DNA from: Octopus vulgaris
Lineage: Eukaryota
Assembly: GCA_951406725.2 (NCBI GenBank)
Contig: OX597822.1
Location: 16,740,001 to 16,804,000, forward strand
Length of the DNA: 64,000 nucleotides
Direction: 5' to 3'
Under the pieces are notes generated by a model that made no database searches, was not told the origin of the DNA, and was given only the letters and a program-made list of their open reading frames with translations. Position numbers and translations under genes: made by a program. This document shows, piece by piece, positions 12,960 to 25,955 of this stretch; positions within the stretch are counted from its first letter, which is position 1; every line of letters begins with the position of its first letter.

Positions 12960-13163
12960 TCTTTTACTTTTCAGAACGTTTGGCGTCGCTTGTTCTGGTA
13001 GATTCTGTAAGAGCAGACAGCAGCCTGCTGTCAGATGTCTCACAGGAGGGGTTATTATTTCCGCACATTAAAACTTAGATACTAGGTTGTTAATTATCGC
13101 GGGAGGCATTCAACATCCAAGTACCAGCCTCAAAATCCTAGCTGTCCCTAGCAGAGCAGTTTT
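12960..13163 (-). mobile_element. R4/Dong-type 3' end (KTALLGTARILRLVLGC* plus 3' UTR)
   Basis: C-terminal motif on the minus strand; the 3' end runs into a short (TAA)n at about 12946-12960. Confidence 0.7.
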
Positions 13164-13206
13164 GGGGGCTAAACTTTTAATCTCTTGCTAGAATTTTAGT
13201 TTGTGT

Positions 13207-13772
13207 AATGAGAACCACTGTCTGGCACTACATCAGGAATGAGAACCACTGTCTGCCACTGGGGTAAAATATACAAAGCCCAATATACCCATCATGACTA
13301 CCCGTCTGATAAGGGTACACTAGGCACATGCATCACAAGCATATGTACGCGACATGGTGATCTCATATCAAGATAAACAGCACATGACCTTGCCGGTGGG
13401 GCCCATTTTCTTCTGGTCGAGTTGCCCATCCCACTCAAAAGGTCCCTGAACAAGGATTGTTTAAGGATGTTCAACGAACTACCCGTGTTTCCAAAGGTGA
13501 ATCATCCAAACCTCTAAGAATTCCTTTCAACATACGGCCATGATGCTCCCCCACTACTTCTGCTCGTGATCAGAGATGCACATATCGTCAGCCACTAAGG
13601 GACATGGTCAACTGGTTAAGGTCAAACAACTGACAAGCAAATCTGTGGTATTGAGCAGAATATTTGCTGTAGCCCATCTTTTATACCAACACAAAACAAT
13701 GTACATGATAACACTTCCAATCAGTTAAGATCAGAAGCCATGAGAGCAACTGCCTGGTACTGCATCAGGGCA
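13207..13772. mobile_element. Unclassified non-coding interspersed repeat ending at (TTA)n
   Basis: Its terminal ~85 bp (ACAAAACAATGT..CAGAAGCCA..CTGGTACTGCATCAGGGCATT) recur at 52888-52970, again abutting (TTA)n. Two degenerate copies of the terminal ~30 bp sit at 13209-13260. Confidence 0.65.
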
Positions 13773-14000
<228 letters not shown>

Positions 14001-14011
14001 ATTTCCCCAAG

Positions 14012-14054
14012 ACACCTGATGAAGGCTGGAGGGTTTCTCAGCCGAAACGTTGTG
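14012..14054 (+). ncRNA. Minimal type I hammerhead ribozyme motif
   Basis: cac-CTGATGA-a-GGCTG-gagggtttct-CAGCC-GAAA-cg-TT-gtg, with palindromic AACGTT stem III (dimeric type). Part of a short repeat at 14001-14145 with a decayed paralogue at 27708-27803. Confidence 0.8.
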
Positions 14055-14231
14055 CTAACAACAAACAAGATGAGGACAAATATCCGTCAAATGTAAATAA
14101 TGTAAATAATGTACACAATTCCTCATCTCTTAAATATAGAACTGAAATTAAATACTAGTTAAACACTTGGGTCGATGCAATCTATACATCCCCTCCCCCA
14201 AAATGGCTGCCCTTGTGGTAAAATTTTAAAC

Positions 14232-14282
<51 letters not shown>

Positions 14283-14294
14283 CATATGAAAACT

Positions 14295-14570
14295 CATAGC
14301 TTATTTTGCTGGGTATGATGGAAAGTATCTGCTGTCCACAGCCAGCAGACTAAGGTGACACTGGTCATGCTTCAAGAACCCTGCGAAAAATTCTTATAGT
14401 TTCAAGCAATGCTGATTTTTGTAAGTGTTCTACCTTCACACTTGCACCGATCTTTTACAGTCATGTTGGTAGTTGAGTGCTGATACTTCCAAGTGCACCA
14501 ATTGCTATTGGTATCACGTCTACTCTCTTCATTGACCACAACCTTCGTATTTCTCACTTTAAATCGTCAT
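14295..14570 (-). mobile_element. R4/Dong-type 3' fragment (paralogue of 3835-4127)
   Basis: Shares GATGGAAAGT.TCTGCTGTCCACAGCCAGCAGACTAAGGTGACACT and the IGALGSIST coding segment; (TTA)n lies next to its 3' end. Confidence 0.8.
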
Positions 14571-14574
14571 AGCT

Positions 14575-15424
14575 ATTTTTTTTTCTTCTTCTTTCAAATT
14601 TGCTTCATTTTCTTGCCGAGTGTCTTCCCGACTCCTAGGGCAAAGAAACTCATAGTATACATTGGTAGGCCATTAAACCAAACTCAGTAGTTCGTTCATT
14701 TTTTTTTTTTTAAATTTTTTTTTAAAGTTAAATTAAAATACATGAGCAGCAACAGTTCTCACATCGACAATGCTCTTCTCAATACGTGTGATGTACCAGT
14801 TAAGACAATCTTTTGCACTTCTTGCAGGGATGGTAAGCCAGTGATCATTCTCATATAATTTTCGGTTCCCTTCTTGATCATTCCTAGTGCTCCTACGATC
14901 ACTGGTATTGTAACCGCCTTGAGATGCCACATTTTCTCAATTTCAATGAGTAGGTCTTTATATTTTCTGAGCTTGTCAAACTCTTTCGCTGAGATATTAT
15001 GATCACAGGGGATGCTCATGTCGATCAATAAGCAAACTTTATTGTTTTGGTCTTTCACAACAATATCTGGTTTATTGGCCTTGATGGTTCGGTCTGTATG
15101 TACTGGAAAGTCCCACAGAATGGTTACATTTTCTCCTTCAGTTACAGCCTCAGGGTGGTGATTATACCACTTGTCGGCAGTTTTGATATTGTAATGCCGA
15201 CTTATTAGCCAGTGTAGATATTGGCCAACTCTGTCATGTCTTAATTTATACTCCACTGGAGCTAAGACTTTACATCCAGAGATTAGGTGGTCCACTGTTT
15301 CAATCATGTCGTTGCAGAATCGGCATTTTGGGTCTGCTCCATTTTTCATCACATTGGCCTGGTAGTTCCGGGTTAATAGGCTTTGATCTTGAGCAGCCAG
15401 GATGAAACCTTCGCTCTCTGCTTT
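14575..15424 (-). mobile_element. Young 5'-truncated R4/Dong-type retrotransposon (zinc knuckle + RLE + 3' UTR)
   Basis: Uninterrupted frame 15424-14759: AAQDQ, CRFC..ETVDHLISGC (CCHC), RHD, KPDIVV..LLIDMSIP..K..KY (PD-D/ExK restriction-like endonuclease), PVIVGALG, LTGTSHVLRR. The 5' junction lies in (TAA)n at 15425-15568. The upstream part of the listed 343-aa ORF is microsatellite read-through. Confidence 0.93.
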
Positions 15425-15429
15425 TATTA

Positions 15430-15493
<64 letters not shown>

Positions 15494-15503
15494 CATTATT
15501 ATT

Positions 15504-15570
<67 letters not shown>

Positions 15571-16479
15571 TCACTAAATTTTCAGTAAAGTTGGAATCTT
15601 GAACCCCGGTTGTTGGCATTTGCATGTGAACTTCCCTTCCAGACATAGTTTCGATCAGAATACGAAAACATTGACTGTGGAAGGTGGGGGGGAGCGTCTC
15701 AAAGTGAAAAATAAATAAAACGACGGGAAAATTCGGTTTTAAATTGAACATGTCATAAAACTGTATTGGAGTGTAATGGGGGAAAAGCAAGAAAATATAT
15801 TTCCGGCCAGGTAGATACAGTAAATAAAAGGATGTGAAACAAAATAGCCGACAGAGACAGTGATGGGGTACCGTGATGGGAGGCGGGGAAGCTGGAGCAT
15901 ATACAAACAGAACTTAGCAATAAAAATAGAGAAATATAAAAGAGCCAAGGTTACTTATTGATTCCTCATGCATATTTCGAGCCTTTATCTTTTCTGAGTA
16001 TCTTTAATCTTTGTAAGTTATCGATTTCATGTCATTTCCAGAGTCTTACAAAGACGCCTCGATCCTTTTAACCATCATTGTTTAGCGTCTCGTTCTCGTT
16101 CCAGTCTTTTATTTGGCTGCCGTTCTTGACAACACCCACACAACACTCCTTTCTGTTGGTCTATTATAGAAGTTCTTTTAGGTCTCCAGTTTTATTTCTG
16201 TTCTTATTGATAAAGTGCAAGAACGTGAACTACGTTTGATACAAACCGAAAAGTCTTACTGAAGAATGGGATTTTAAATTGTAAAAGAGGCGACATTCGG
16301 TCGGGTCGGTTTAATAACGTTCATAGTTTAACTTCAGAAGACCAAGTCAGCGAAAGTACAGAGAAAAAGAAACATTATACTAGTAAATCCTTGAACACAA
16401 TGGCCGAATAGTGAAGTATAACGGTTCGTATGGGTGAGGCAACGATGAGTCATGGAAGCGAATATAACAATGCGAACGA

Positions 16480-16507
16480 CATAATGATGACAGCGATGGT
16501 CAATGAA

Positions 16508-16539
<32 letters not shown>

Positions 16540-16745
16540 GGTGCTGGTGGTGCTGGTGGTGGAAGAAGAAGTAGGTATTGGTGAGGATGAAGTAATGATG
16601 GAGATGATAACGATAAAGATTATATTGATAATGAAAATAAATATGATCATCATCACGTCGATGATCATGATCATGATCATGGTAGTGATGATGATGATGA
16701 TGATGATTGCAATGACGACGACGATGATGATGATGGTGATTGTGG

Positions 16746-16786
<41 letters not shown>

Positions 16787-16862
16787 GTGGCGTAGATGAT
16801 AGCGATACCATTGATGGTAATGATATCGACGAGGATCATGACGACAACGACGACGATGATGA
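16480..16862. repeat. Degenerate (GAT)n/(GGT)n triplet repeat
   Basis: Directly visible; source of the poly-H and poly-M ORFs. Confidence 0.9.
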
Positions 16863-17029
16863 GCAGAAGAGAGATAGATAGGTGCAGTGGGCGTTATGTC
16901 TACACTACTATTTACAGACACACACAACGGCTTCGATCCGCGTCAGTAAGATAATCTCAACCAGAAACTACACTTGTAGAAGTGGTTTCAACACGCTGTC
17001 ATTTTTGGATTGGCCTTTTAGCATTTTAT

Positions 17030-17320
17030 TACATGGTATGAAGCTTGCTTCCCAGCCACATGGTTCCGGGCTCAGTCCCACTGCGTTGCACCTTGAACAC
17101 GTGTCTTCTACTATAGCCTTTTGAATGGATTTGGTAGACGGAAACCGAAAGAAGCCCGTCGTATACTTGTGTGCGATTGTGTATGTGTGTGTGTGTGTGC
17201 GCGCGAACGTGTGCATTCGTGTGTGTGTTTGTGTTCGTGTTTGGCCTCCACCACCGTTTCACGAAATGCTGCTAAGCATTTACTCCGGCCTCCTAACGAC
17301 ACGGCCAGTCCGTCGCTTTA
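17030..17320. mobile_element. SINE fragments (long microsatellite-containing SINE head on +, Meta-like head on -)
   Basis: GGTTCCGGGCTCAGTCCCACTGCG..GGATTTGGTAGACGGAAAC.GAAAGAAGCCCGTCG matches the 55348 family. Confidence 0.75.
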
Positions 17321-18573
17321 AGTCAAACCTTAATAAAGCACTGAAAATAGAACCATTTTCTCAATGCAATTGTAAAATAATATGGAACTGAGAACTGCAA
17401 GGTAGCAAAGCACTCGTCAATTTTGCCGTGGTAGAAACTGGTTGTGTATGTTCTGATTTCAAATCCGGCAAATGTCAACTTTCTTCCTTCTGGATTTGTC
17501 TTGTATTCATCCCAGTGAAATAATGAAGTCGTGGTAATGGACTTATCCAAATCTGAGGTCATAGATTTTAGGTTTGCGCTTAATTTAACATTCCATTTTT
17601 GCATCGATGGATTATTCAATATTGTTCCCACGTCTGGCGACAGGTGACAGGGCCGTGTCAATAGCAGGACACAGACCCCTTATTTCTTGACTGGCTGTCC
17701 GATTATTTGTCATTTCAGTTACTCCTTAACTTACTGGTATAGTTGTTGTTGTTGTTGTTGTTACTGCTGCTCCTGCCGTTGCATCACTGTAGAAAATTAA
17801 CTTAACGGCTGTTAATATGATTTCAACTTGCAGCTGAGCAACAAGAAACAGTAATGCTAAGCAGTGAAGGCTGGATGGGAGCAAACGGCATGGTGTTATC
17901 CAAGTGATTACCTGTAGATTGCCAACACTTTACTGTGAATGTGATAAATCGTAGCTGACAGGTGATACTACATCACATGAAACGCACTAATCAACGAAAT
18001 AAGCAGTCAGCTTCGAGCCAGTGTTAAAAGATTGAATAATAACAAAGATGGACCGAAGCAAAAGACTCGGTTGGTGAGCGGGGAATTGGTGCCAAGTGAA
18101 GAAGAATATGTGAGGTTGGAGAATATAAACCACTTTCACGTGCATCGCTTCAATTATTAATTGTAGGATTTGAATTCTGATTAACACGAGATAAAACAGC
18201 TAATGACCTTCAGCTAATTTTGTTAGTTAAATAGTAATTAACAAAGTTTTGTCTCTTGAACTATGCACGCCTACATTAACAGCTGATGCTTGTAAATATA
18301 TATAGTCTATCATATATTTGTGGCAGCCGACAAATTTCTTAAATGTCAAAAGAAAATATTCCATCTACTTTTGCTTCTTATACCAGCCAATGAGGTAGCA
18401 GCTTCTAGTTGTCGACCGACCTTCTTGAAATAGCAACCAAATCTCAAAACAAAACACACTTTACCGTTTTAAAAAAGATAATATATATTTATAACACTGA
18501 CGAAGCAAAGATTTTTGAGGCCGTGGGGAGGAGTAACAATATTTGTGACACGTCCACTTTAATTAAAACTCAT

Positions 18574-18939
18574 TGAGAGGCGGTTGGATGGAACTTGCAC
18601 TCGCCTCCTTATGAGAGCTCAAAATCTCTCGTGGAAGCGTCATCCAACCAAAGTACAAATATATGGGAAATTACCACCTCTGTCATCTCTTGTGAAAGGT
18701 AGAAGAGTCCAGTTTGCTGGACATTGTTGTAGAGCTGAAAACGAGGTAATTTCTACTCTTCTCCTCTGGAAGCCATCTGCTCGCGATACCAGAGGGAGCA
18801 CACTCTCCTACCCTGGTGTAATCTCCAGGGATACAGGCATCCAGCAACAGGACCTCCGTAATGCAATGATGGACCGTGAAGTCTGGCGTAACATAGTAAA
18901 TTCCATTGTCTCGACCACAGTCGAACAATGATGATAATG
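18574..18939 (+). mobile_element. 5'-truncated RTE-type LINE 3' end with 9-bp TSD
   Basis: Open frame LDGTCTRLLMRAQNLSW..RRVQFAGHCCR..LLLWKP..AMMDREVWR, (TGA)-type tail, and TSD AAAACTCAT at 18565-18573 and 18940-18948. Confidence 0.9.
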
Positions 18940-19179
18940 AAAACTCATAATAGCCCAGAGGAAGTTTGGTATTCTTTCACACTAGCACCCGAGACAGACT
19001 GAACTTCATCCGTTTCTTGCTGCACCTTAACTCTACAGCAATTTTGTTTGATCACAAGTTTCAATACATGTAATATCTTCGATGGTGTAGACAAAAGGTA
19101 AATAAAGGACATCAAACTGACACCACAGATTCATTACAGCCGAGACTATTTTTCGAAAGTGACAAATTCTATGGTATCA

Positions 19180-19417
19180 TATAAAGAGGATACTAGTCTT
19201 TTTCCCCTCGTTAAATAAGGCCATATGCTATCAGTTTCCCCACAAAGGACACTAGTCTGTCTGTTTCGCTAGACAGATCAATTATTTGTATGTCTAGCTA
19301 TAGAACACTAATGAATCTGTCACCAGATAGCTCACTGCCCCAGGAGTCTACCTTGCAAAAGTTTGATCTGTCTGTCTCCAGATAAAATACTGGTCTATCT
19401 CCCTAAATATAACACAA

Positions 19418-19470
<53 letters not shown>

Positions 19471-19907
19471 GGGAGAACGCTGTATCACCTGCCTTTAGAT
19501 AGGACACCGGTCTGTCTATCTCACTAATTAGGCAACTGGCAATAGTCTACATGTCCGAGCAGAGAGGACACTGACCGCTGTCTCTGTAGATAGCATACTA
19601 GAGTATCTGTATCTCTAGATAAGTTTGTATTTGTCTCCGAACAGGACTGTGATGTGTCTGTTACTAAATTTGCCACAATTCTATCTTTTCCTCGATGGGT
19701 CACTGGTTTTTCTGACCCCTGATAGGTTGCTGGTCGATTCGTTTTTCTTGATAATACACTAGTTCAACTGTCCCTCTATATGTGGACCATGTTTTCAGAT
19801 ATGATTCTGATCCATCTAGATATGACACGTCTATCTCTTCCTATAAAAGACTCTGGTCTATCCTTAGAGAAGTCATTGGTCTATTTCTACATAGGTTACT
19901 AATCTAC

Positions 19908-19939
<32 letters not shown>

Positions 19940-20420
19940 GAATTAACCCCGAAATTGGGACCAATACGGTAATAACGGATTTTTTAGAAATTTCTATCGG
20001 TTTGTTTCGAGACGCATAAATTATAATGGTTATTGACAATTTTTGTCTTATTTTCGGCATATTTGGCATTAGAATTTTTCTTCTGCCCTCATTTTGTAAA
20101 TTATTTATAAATTTAACCTTTAAAGGTATTTTTTGATATGCTGGCCATTGATAAAAAATTTTTCCCGAAAAAAAAAATTTTATCCTACATTAGTTATATA
20201 TATATAACAGTTATACCTGCGTCTGAATAGAGCGCAGGTTTGCCTATTTCTGTATATGACAACAGCGATCTTTCTGGTACTATCACACTGGTTTGTCTTT
20301 CTCTTCATTAGACAATGATCCAACTTCCTCTACACCATCGCCTCCTCACTCGATGATGTTTCTCTAGATAAGATGAGAGACTCCTTCTTTAGACAACACT
20401 AGTATCTCTCTCTCACTATC

Positions 20421-20471
<51 letters not shown>

Positions 20472-21610
20472 TTTAAATGAGTTATTTGTCTGCGTGGCTC
20501 TACGCGGGTGGGCTTAAAACTTCAAAGGCTGACTATGAAGGATTAATGCTAAAGCTGTGAAAACTGGTATGCTTTAATTTTAACTCATCTTATTTGTAAC
20601 TACATTGTTTTTTTTTTTTGTTTGTTTGTTTTTTAGGTAAACTGTCATAGAAGACTTCAAAAGTAACTGGTAGCGATTTCTTAAGGAAATGAACATGATT
20701 TGGTATCGTGATGTTACCAGGTACCAGCAGAAAAAGGATTTAGCCTCCAAGGACATTGATGCTGACATGATTGCTATATTAGGGGATTACGTACCAGCTT
20801 TATCAACAGTGCAAAAGTGGGCAGGTGAATTTAGGAGGGGAAGAAAAAGTGTTGAAGGCGACCTAAAGCATGGGTGACCTGAAGCTGCCACCATATGGTG
20901 ATGGGTAACAGGTTATTGACTATAAATCAAATAGCCAATGCTATTAGCATATCCCGTGAGATATTTAAGAGTATTCTGCACAATGAAGCTGGCATGACGA
21001 CGGTTTCTGTTCGGTGAGGGCCACGTCTTCTGACACCTCATCAAAAGCAAAGCGCACCAAGCTGATCGCATCACAGGAAAATCTGACATTGTGTAGAGAC
21101 AAATCCAGCTGGTTTTCTTGAACGTTTCCTAACCCAGGATGAGTGTCAAAGACAAAACCACAATCCATGTAGTGAAAACACCTCCTTCTCACCTACTCCA
21201 AAGAAGTCTGAGGGCGGTTCATCTGCAAGGAAGATGATGGCCCCGGTGTTTGGGGGATGCAAATACTATTATGTCAATTAAACATCTTCAGAATGACCAC
21301 ACCATCAATGGAGAGTACTATGTCAACTTGCTGAAGTAGTTACGAAAGCTGCCAAGAACAAATGCCCAGGAAAACTGACAAAGGGAATCTTGTTTCATCT
21401 GGACGAAGGGATCTATGCTGAAAAATGAATGTGATTTGGTCCCATTTCATGAGAGTATCTTGGTTGACCTGTAAACTTTTCATCCGACCCTCGTACAGAC
21501 ATAAATTTATCTCTCTATGCAGGCCACTGGTCTTTCTCTTTCTGATGTGATACTTGTTTCGCTCTATCTCGAAAGATTCAGTCTATCTTTCTTGGTGACA
21601 CTGAATATTG
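19180..21610. repeat. Ancient degenerate ~25-30 bp minisatellite (TAGATAGGACACTGGTCTGTCTATCTC-like), interrupted by insertions
   Basis: Recurrent GGACACT(A/G)GTCT(G/A)TCT..TAGA(T/C)A motifs at 19180-19910, 20200-20420 and 21500-21610. Confidence 0.6.
20501..21495 (+). mobile_element. Mariner (Tc1/mariner) transposon relic, internally deleted
   Basis: Imperfect TIRs TACGCGGGTGGGCTTAAAACTT / AACTTTTCATCCGACCCTCGTA with TA ends. Transposase remnants STVQKWAGEFRRGR (HTH), R*GPRLLT (WVPxxL-like), FLTQDE (first catalytic D) and TINGEYY. Confidence 0.88.
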
Positions 21611-21896
21611 TTATGAGATGGAATCTGGGGTGGTGAGCAGGCAGAATCGTTACCGTGCCGAACAAAATAATTAAAAACATTTCTTCCGGCTCTTTACGTT
21701 GTAAGTGCGAATGCCACCGAGGTCGCCTTTGCCTTTCATTTTTTCGGGGCACTGAGGTGGTCATCTTCACCTTAAAATTGCTTGTACAAAAATTAGAAAA
21801 GATCATGAAATGAAATTTTGAATAACTATTAAGCCGTGTCACATTTGCAAGAGAATTGGGAGTCGTTCAAAGTTTAAACATTTACTTTAATGCCTT

Positions 21897-21919
<23 letters not shown>

Positions 21920-21931
<12 letters not shown>

Positions 21932-22302
21932 CTGAAATTGTCTGTGTGTGGCAGGTTTGGTAGCCTTCAACTAACACTATCTCCTCCGAGACCCTGCGGC
22001 GCAAGTTGACCAAAATTGAGAGTTTGATAGAAGTCTTGCTCTTCCTTCCACAGAAGAAAAAATTCAAATTGGACCATGTTAGCACCAAAAATTATTTACA
22101 TCAAAAAGGTGCTTTTTTTCTATGAAAATCCCAATTTTTTAGGAATTTTTAACTGCTGTGTTGCCATTTTCGGTGTATTTCAACCAGAAAAATGTTCACT
22201 TAAAGAGAATAACAAGCTACATAATGCAAAAATTTTACTTTTCAAAAATTCCAATTCTAAAGGGTCGAAACAAACCCGAGCAACGCCGGGCGATACTGCT
22301 AA
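21920..22302 (+). mobile_element. Non-autonomous Helitron
   Basis: 5' TATATATAAAGCTGAA, subterminal hairpin CCCGAGCAACGCCGGG (22275-22290), CTRR end (CTAA); second copy at 60451-60768. Confidence 0.8.
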
Positions 22303-23984
22303 TGTATGATATAAACACATTTAAAATTGCACCAAGCTTTACTCTCTCAAATTCTTGAACCTGTTCATTTTATAAACCGGTCATTTTTCTTTGACCAAAA
22401 AATATTATTTTCAACTTTCAGTTGTTTACGGCTGAAAAGCAAATTCGATCTTGTCCCCTGGGTCTTTTTAAGTTGCAACACATTCACGTTCAAGTGCATT
22501 TTCAGCTTCATTGGGCATTTCCGGAATACTCTTAACGAATGACTAAGCAAGGCTTCTACCTATTGACCACTTGAGTGTAGCCGTTATGTTTCAGTGCTCC
22601 TAAGTTGTCAGTATTTATATTCTAATATTTTGACTGTTACACCTCCTCTTCTCTTGGTTTATATGTTTGTTTGGTTTTCCTTTTCGTCTCGTGTTTTTTT
22701 TTTGTTTTTTTTCAAAATTAGATTCAAAAGTCCAACAAATATAAGTTTTTGAATTGAAACTAAAACCATTAAGTTCTATTATCATCATTGATTTCTAAAA
22801 TAATTCAAACTGTTCTGCTCTTGTGATCATTCTGTCCCTCCGCACTCATAAAAGCATTCATGTGCCGCAAGTTAAATCATACAAAATAACTTGCTTTCTG
22901 AGTGAAATTCTATAAAGATTTGAAACTCTCTGACGTTGGAATCTTTGAAATAGTGTCCTGTATAAATAAATTAGCTTCTTGTCGTTTCATTGAGGAATTA
23001 GCAAGGCAGATATCTCGTAAGTATTTCCTATTCTCCGGGCTTTGTGGCAAACATTAGCCAATTTGTCATAAAAGCTTCTGCTTGAATTCGGCTTAATCAT
23101 TCCTTTAACGAGTTAATCTCACATGAATCCATATATTTCTTCTGGATTTACTATCTTAATTACGTATAACACCGAAGTACTTGAAATCTACTTTGCTTTT
23201 CCGTGCTTCGTCTTATTTATGAAAGATACTTCACACGTCTTGTTCATTAATATTCGAAATAGATATTATATCTCGCAGTTTTCTACTACCGTTAAGAGAG
23301 CAATTATTTAAACCTTTGCTAATGCAGTAGCATAACTTTGCAAGTTATTAACATTATTTACATATTATTGAACAGATAAATCGATAAATGACACTCATAA
23401 ATTTCAACTTTACAATATAAAACTACATTATTTAGATGTTGTTCTCGAAGCAGGAGTTTTCAGAAATGTTCTTCTTATCTGATAAATCCATTAAAACAAA
23501 TGCATCTCGCCTAATTTCGTATTTGTCAAATAGGTTATTTCCTTTTCCTAAACGAAAACCACTACCCAGGAATCTACCAAGTTCCCTCGTTATTTTTGAA
23601 ATAATCGCAGGAGAATCTAGTCTCACGGGCCTCCACGTCCCTGTCCATACAACAGCTCCACCTACCTACCTTTACGTCATGCTAAAGGAAGTAACTGAAA
23701 TAAAAAAAATTTAAATGGTAGTAGTTCTTGTAGTGATAACGGCGGAGGCAGTGGTAAAGGTGGTGGTTGGAGAAAGAGACACGGAGAAAGAGATTAACAG
23801 AGAAATGGTTAGGACAGAGTTAAAGAGAGGGTGGCATGAGAGAGAGAGAGAGGGAGAGAGAGAGAGGGAGAAGATAGTTCAGCTTAGGTATTTTCTTTTT
23901 CACTGATCTTCAGCTTTATGTTAACATCCGTTGGGCAACTGATTTCCACAACTGTACACATTTTCTTTTCTCCATCTCAAATTA

Positions 23985-24343
23985 CGTATGTATGTATGTA
24001 TGTATGTATGTATGTATGTATGTATGTATGTATGTATGCATGCATGCATGTATGTATGTGTGTATGTATGCATGCATGCATGTATGTATGTGTGTATGTA
24101 TGTATGTATGTGTGTATGCGTGTATGTATGTGTGTATATGTGTATGTATGTATGTATGTATGTATGTGTGTATGTGTGTATTATGTGTGTATGTGTATGC
24201 ATGTATGTGTGTGTATGTGTGTATGTATGTATGTATGTATGCATGTATGTGTGTATGTATGCGTGTATGTATGTATGTGTGTGTATGTGTGTGTGTATGT
24301 GTGTGTATGTGTGTGTATGTATGTGTGTATGTATGTATGTATG
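23985..24343. repeat. (TATG)n/(TG)n microsatellite
   Basis: Directly visible. Confidence 0.95.
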
Positions 24344-24895
24344 TCAGGTCACTTTCGTGTGCTACTGGTAACATGTAACCCAGTACAACCTGTTGCATGG
24401 TCGGGTCGTCGCCGACTAAACCGGCAACCCCACCAATCTTGCTTGGTGAGGAGGGTATTTATTGGACACCCTGCGGGATGAAAAACAAAACCCGTCAAAG
24501 GGCGGAGGAACTCTTGAGAGTCAACGGCCATCCAATAAACGTCTTAAGGATGTATCATGCGCGGGGACATAGAAATAATCGGACTGAATACCCGATCGCG
24601 CGGTTAAAACATTGGGAGTGAAGGACTCCTAGCCTTTGTTAGGGCATCCTTCTAGGAGAAGGTAACTCAGGTAACTGGGATAACTCCGACATAGAACCTG
24701 CGGCTCAGTGGTTACCGATGATGTTGACTTGTTCTTCTTTTCGGATTATGGCTGCTGTTGCTTAGTGAGTGGGATTGACTCAGTGCACAGCCTTTCCTCA
24801 CTTTAAAAAAAATCTTCTTGCACAGGCATTGCACGGCAACAACATTGATTAAGCTTCGTGGAATGGCTACACTCGATAACGAGGGTGCAGCTATC
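24344..24895 (+). mobile_element. GC-richer non-coding repeat, probably derived from an RTE LINE 5' UTR, embedded in (TATG)n
   Basis: Sharp composition change bounded by (TATG)n on both sides. The motif TAGGGCATCCTTCTAGGAGAAGGTAACTC resembles RTE 5'-UTR sequence (recalled similarity). Confidence 0.5.
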
Positions 24896-24906
24896 ATGTA
24901 TGTATG

Positions 24907-24937
<31 letters not shown>

Positions 24938-25179
24938 ATATACATTTCTTGTTTGCGAAGCCTATGGGCACTGACCCATTCATTCAGATCAGATCAATAA
25001 AAATTCTGTGCGTGAAGACTTATGATGATGATGAAGATGATGAATAAAAACTAAGGCAACCCTGGCAAGAATTGAACTGAAGAACCTAACATAACTAGCT
25101 ACCTCTGAAAGCCAGAAAACTTCTAAGTCCGTGTTCTCCTTGCTTGGTTGAGAATGTTTGTGCCAATGATGAGAACAGA

Positions 25180-25315
25180 AATGATATTGAAGATGATGAT
25201 GTTGAAGATGATGATGATGTCGATGATGATGATGATGATGATGACGACGACGACGACGACGACGACGACGATGATGATGATGATGATGACGACGACGACG
25301 ACGATGATGATGATG
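25180..25315. repeat. (GAT)n/(GAC)n microsatellite
   Basis: Directly visible. Confidence 0.95.
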
Positions 25316-25529
25316 CTTTCTTATAGTTTTGTTTTTCGGTACAATAGATTATTCCATGTAACTTTTTTCCTGAACAACCTGGCAGACATTCCTTATATCT
25401 CGGCAAACCGAACCAATGCGGAATTCAGCGTCTTGTGCTGATATGAAATAATAGAGCTGTTATGGATTCGAAGTTACGGCTGACCAAGCAATAGTGTGAT
25501 ATCTTTTCCGAACAGTTATGGGGGACAAT

Positions 25530-25575
<46 letters not shown>

Positions 25576-25924
25576 TAACATACAGAAACCACATATGTAC
25601 ACATACAGACAGTTTTACTATAACAGACACACAGGCAGATACACCAGTATTAACATACAAAAATAACATTTGTACACTGACAAATGAACCCAAACATACA
25701 CACGCGTATATACACACAGATATTAACATACACAAATATCCTATATGCACAAACAAAGACAAATGTATACAAACGTCATTCATAGACAAAGAAACACGGA
25801 CGCACTCACATTAACACAAATAATTATATTTATACTCACAAACAAGACAAACACGTGCAAACATACGCACGAAGATGTAAACAGAAATATACACGAATAA
25901 TATTTATAAAGGCACAGACAACTG

Positions 25925-25955
<31 letters not shown>

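Noticed and set aside
15425-15790. N-terminal extension of the 343-aa ORF
   Set aside because: Frame continuity through an (ATA)n run and flanking DNA; the retrotransposon-derived part begins at about 15424.
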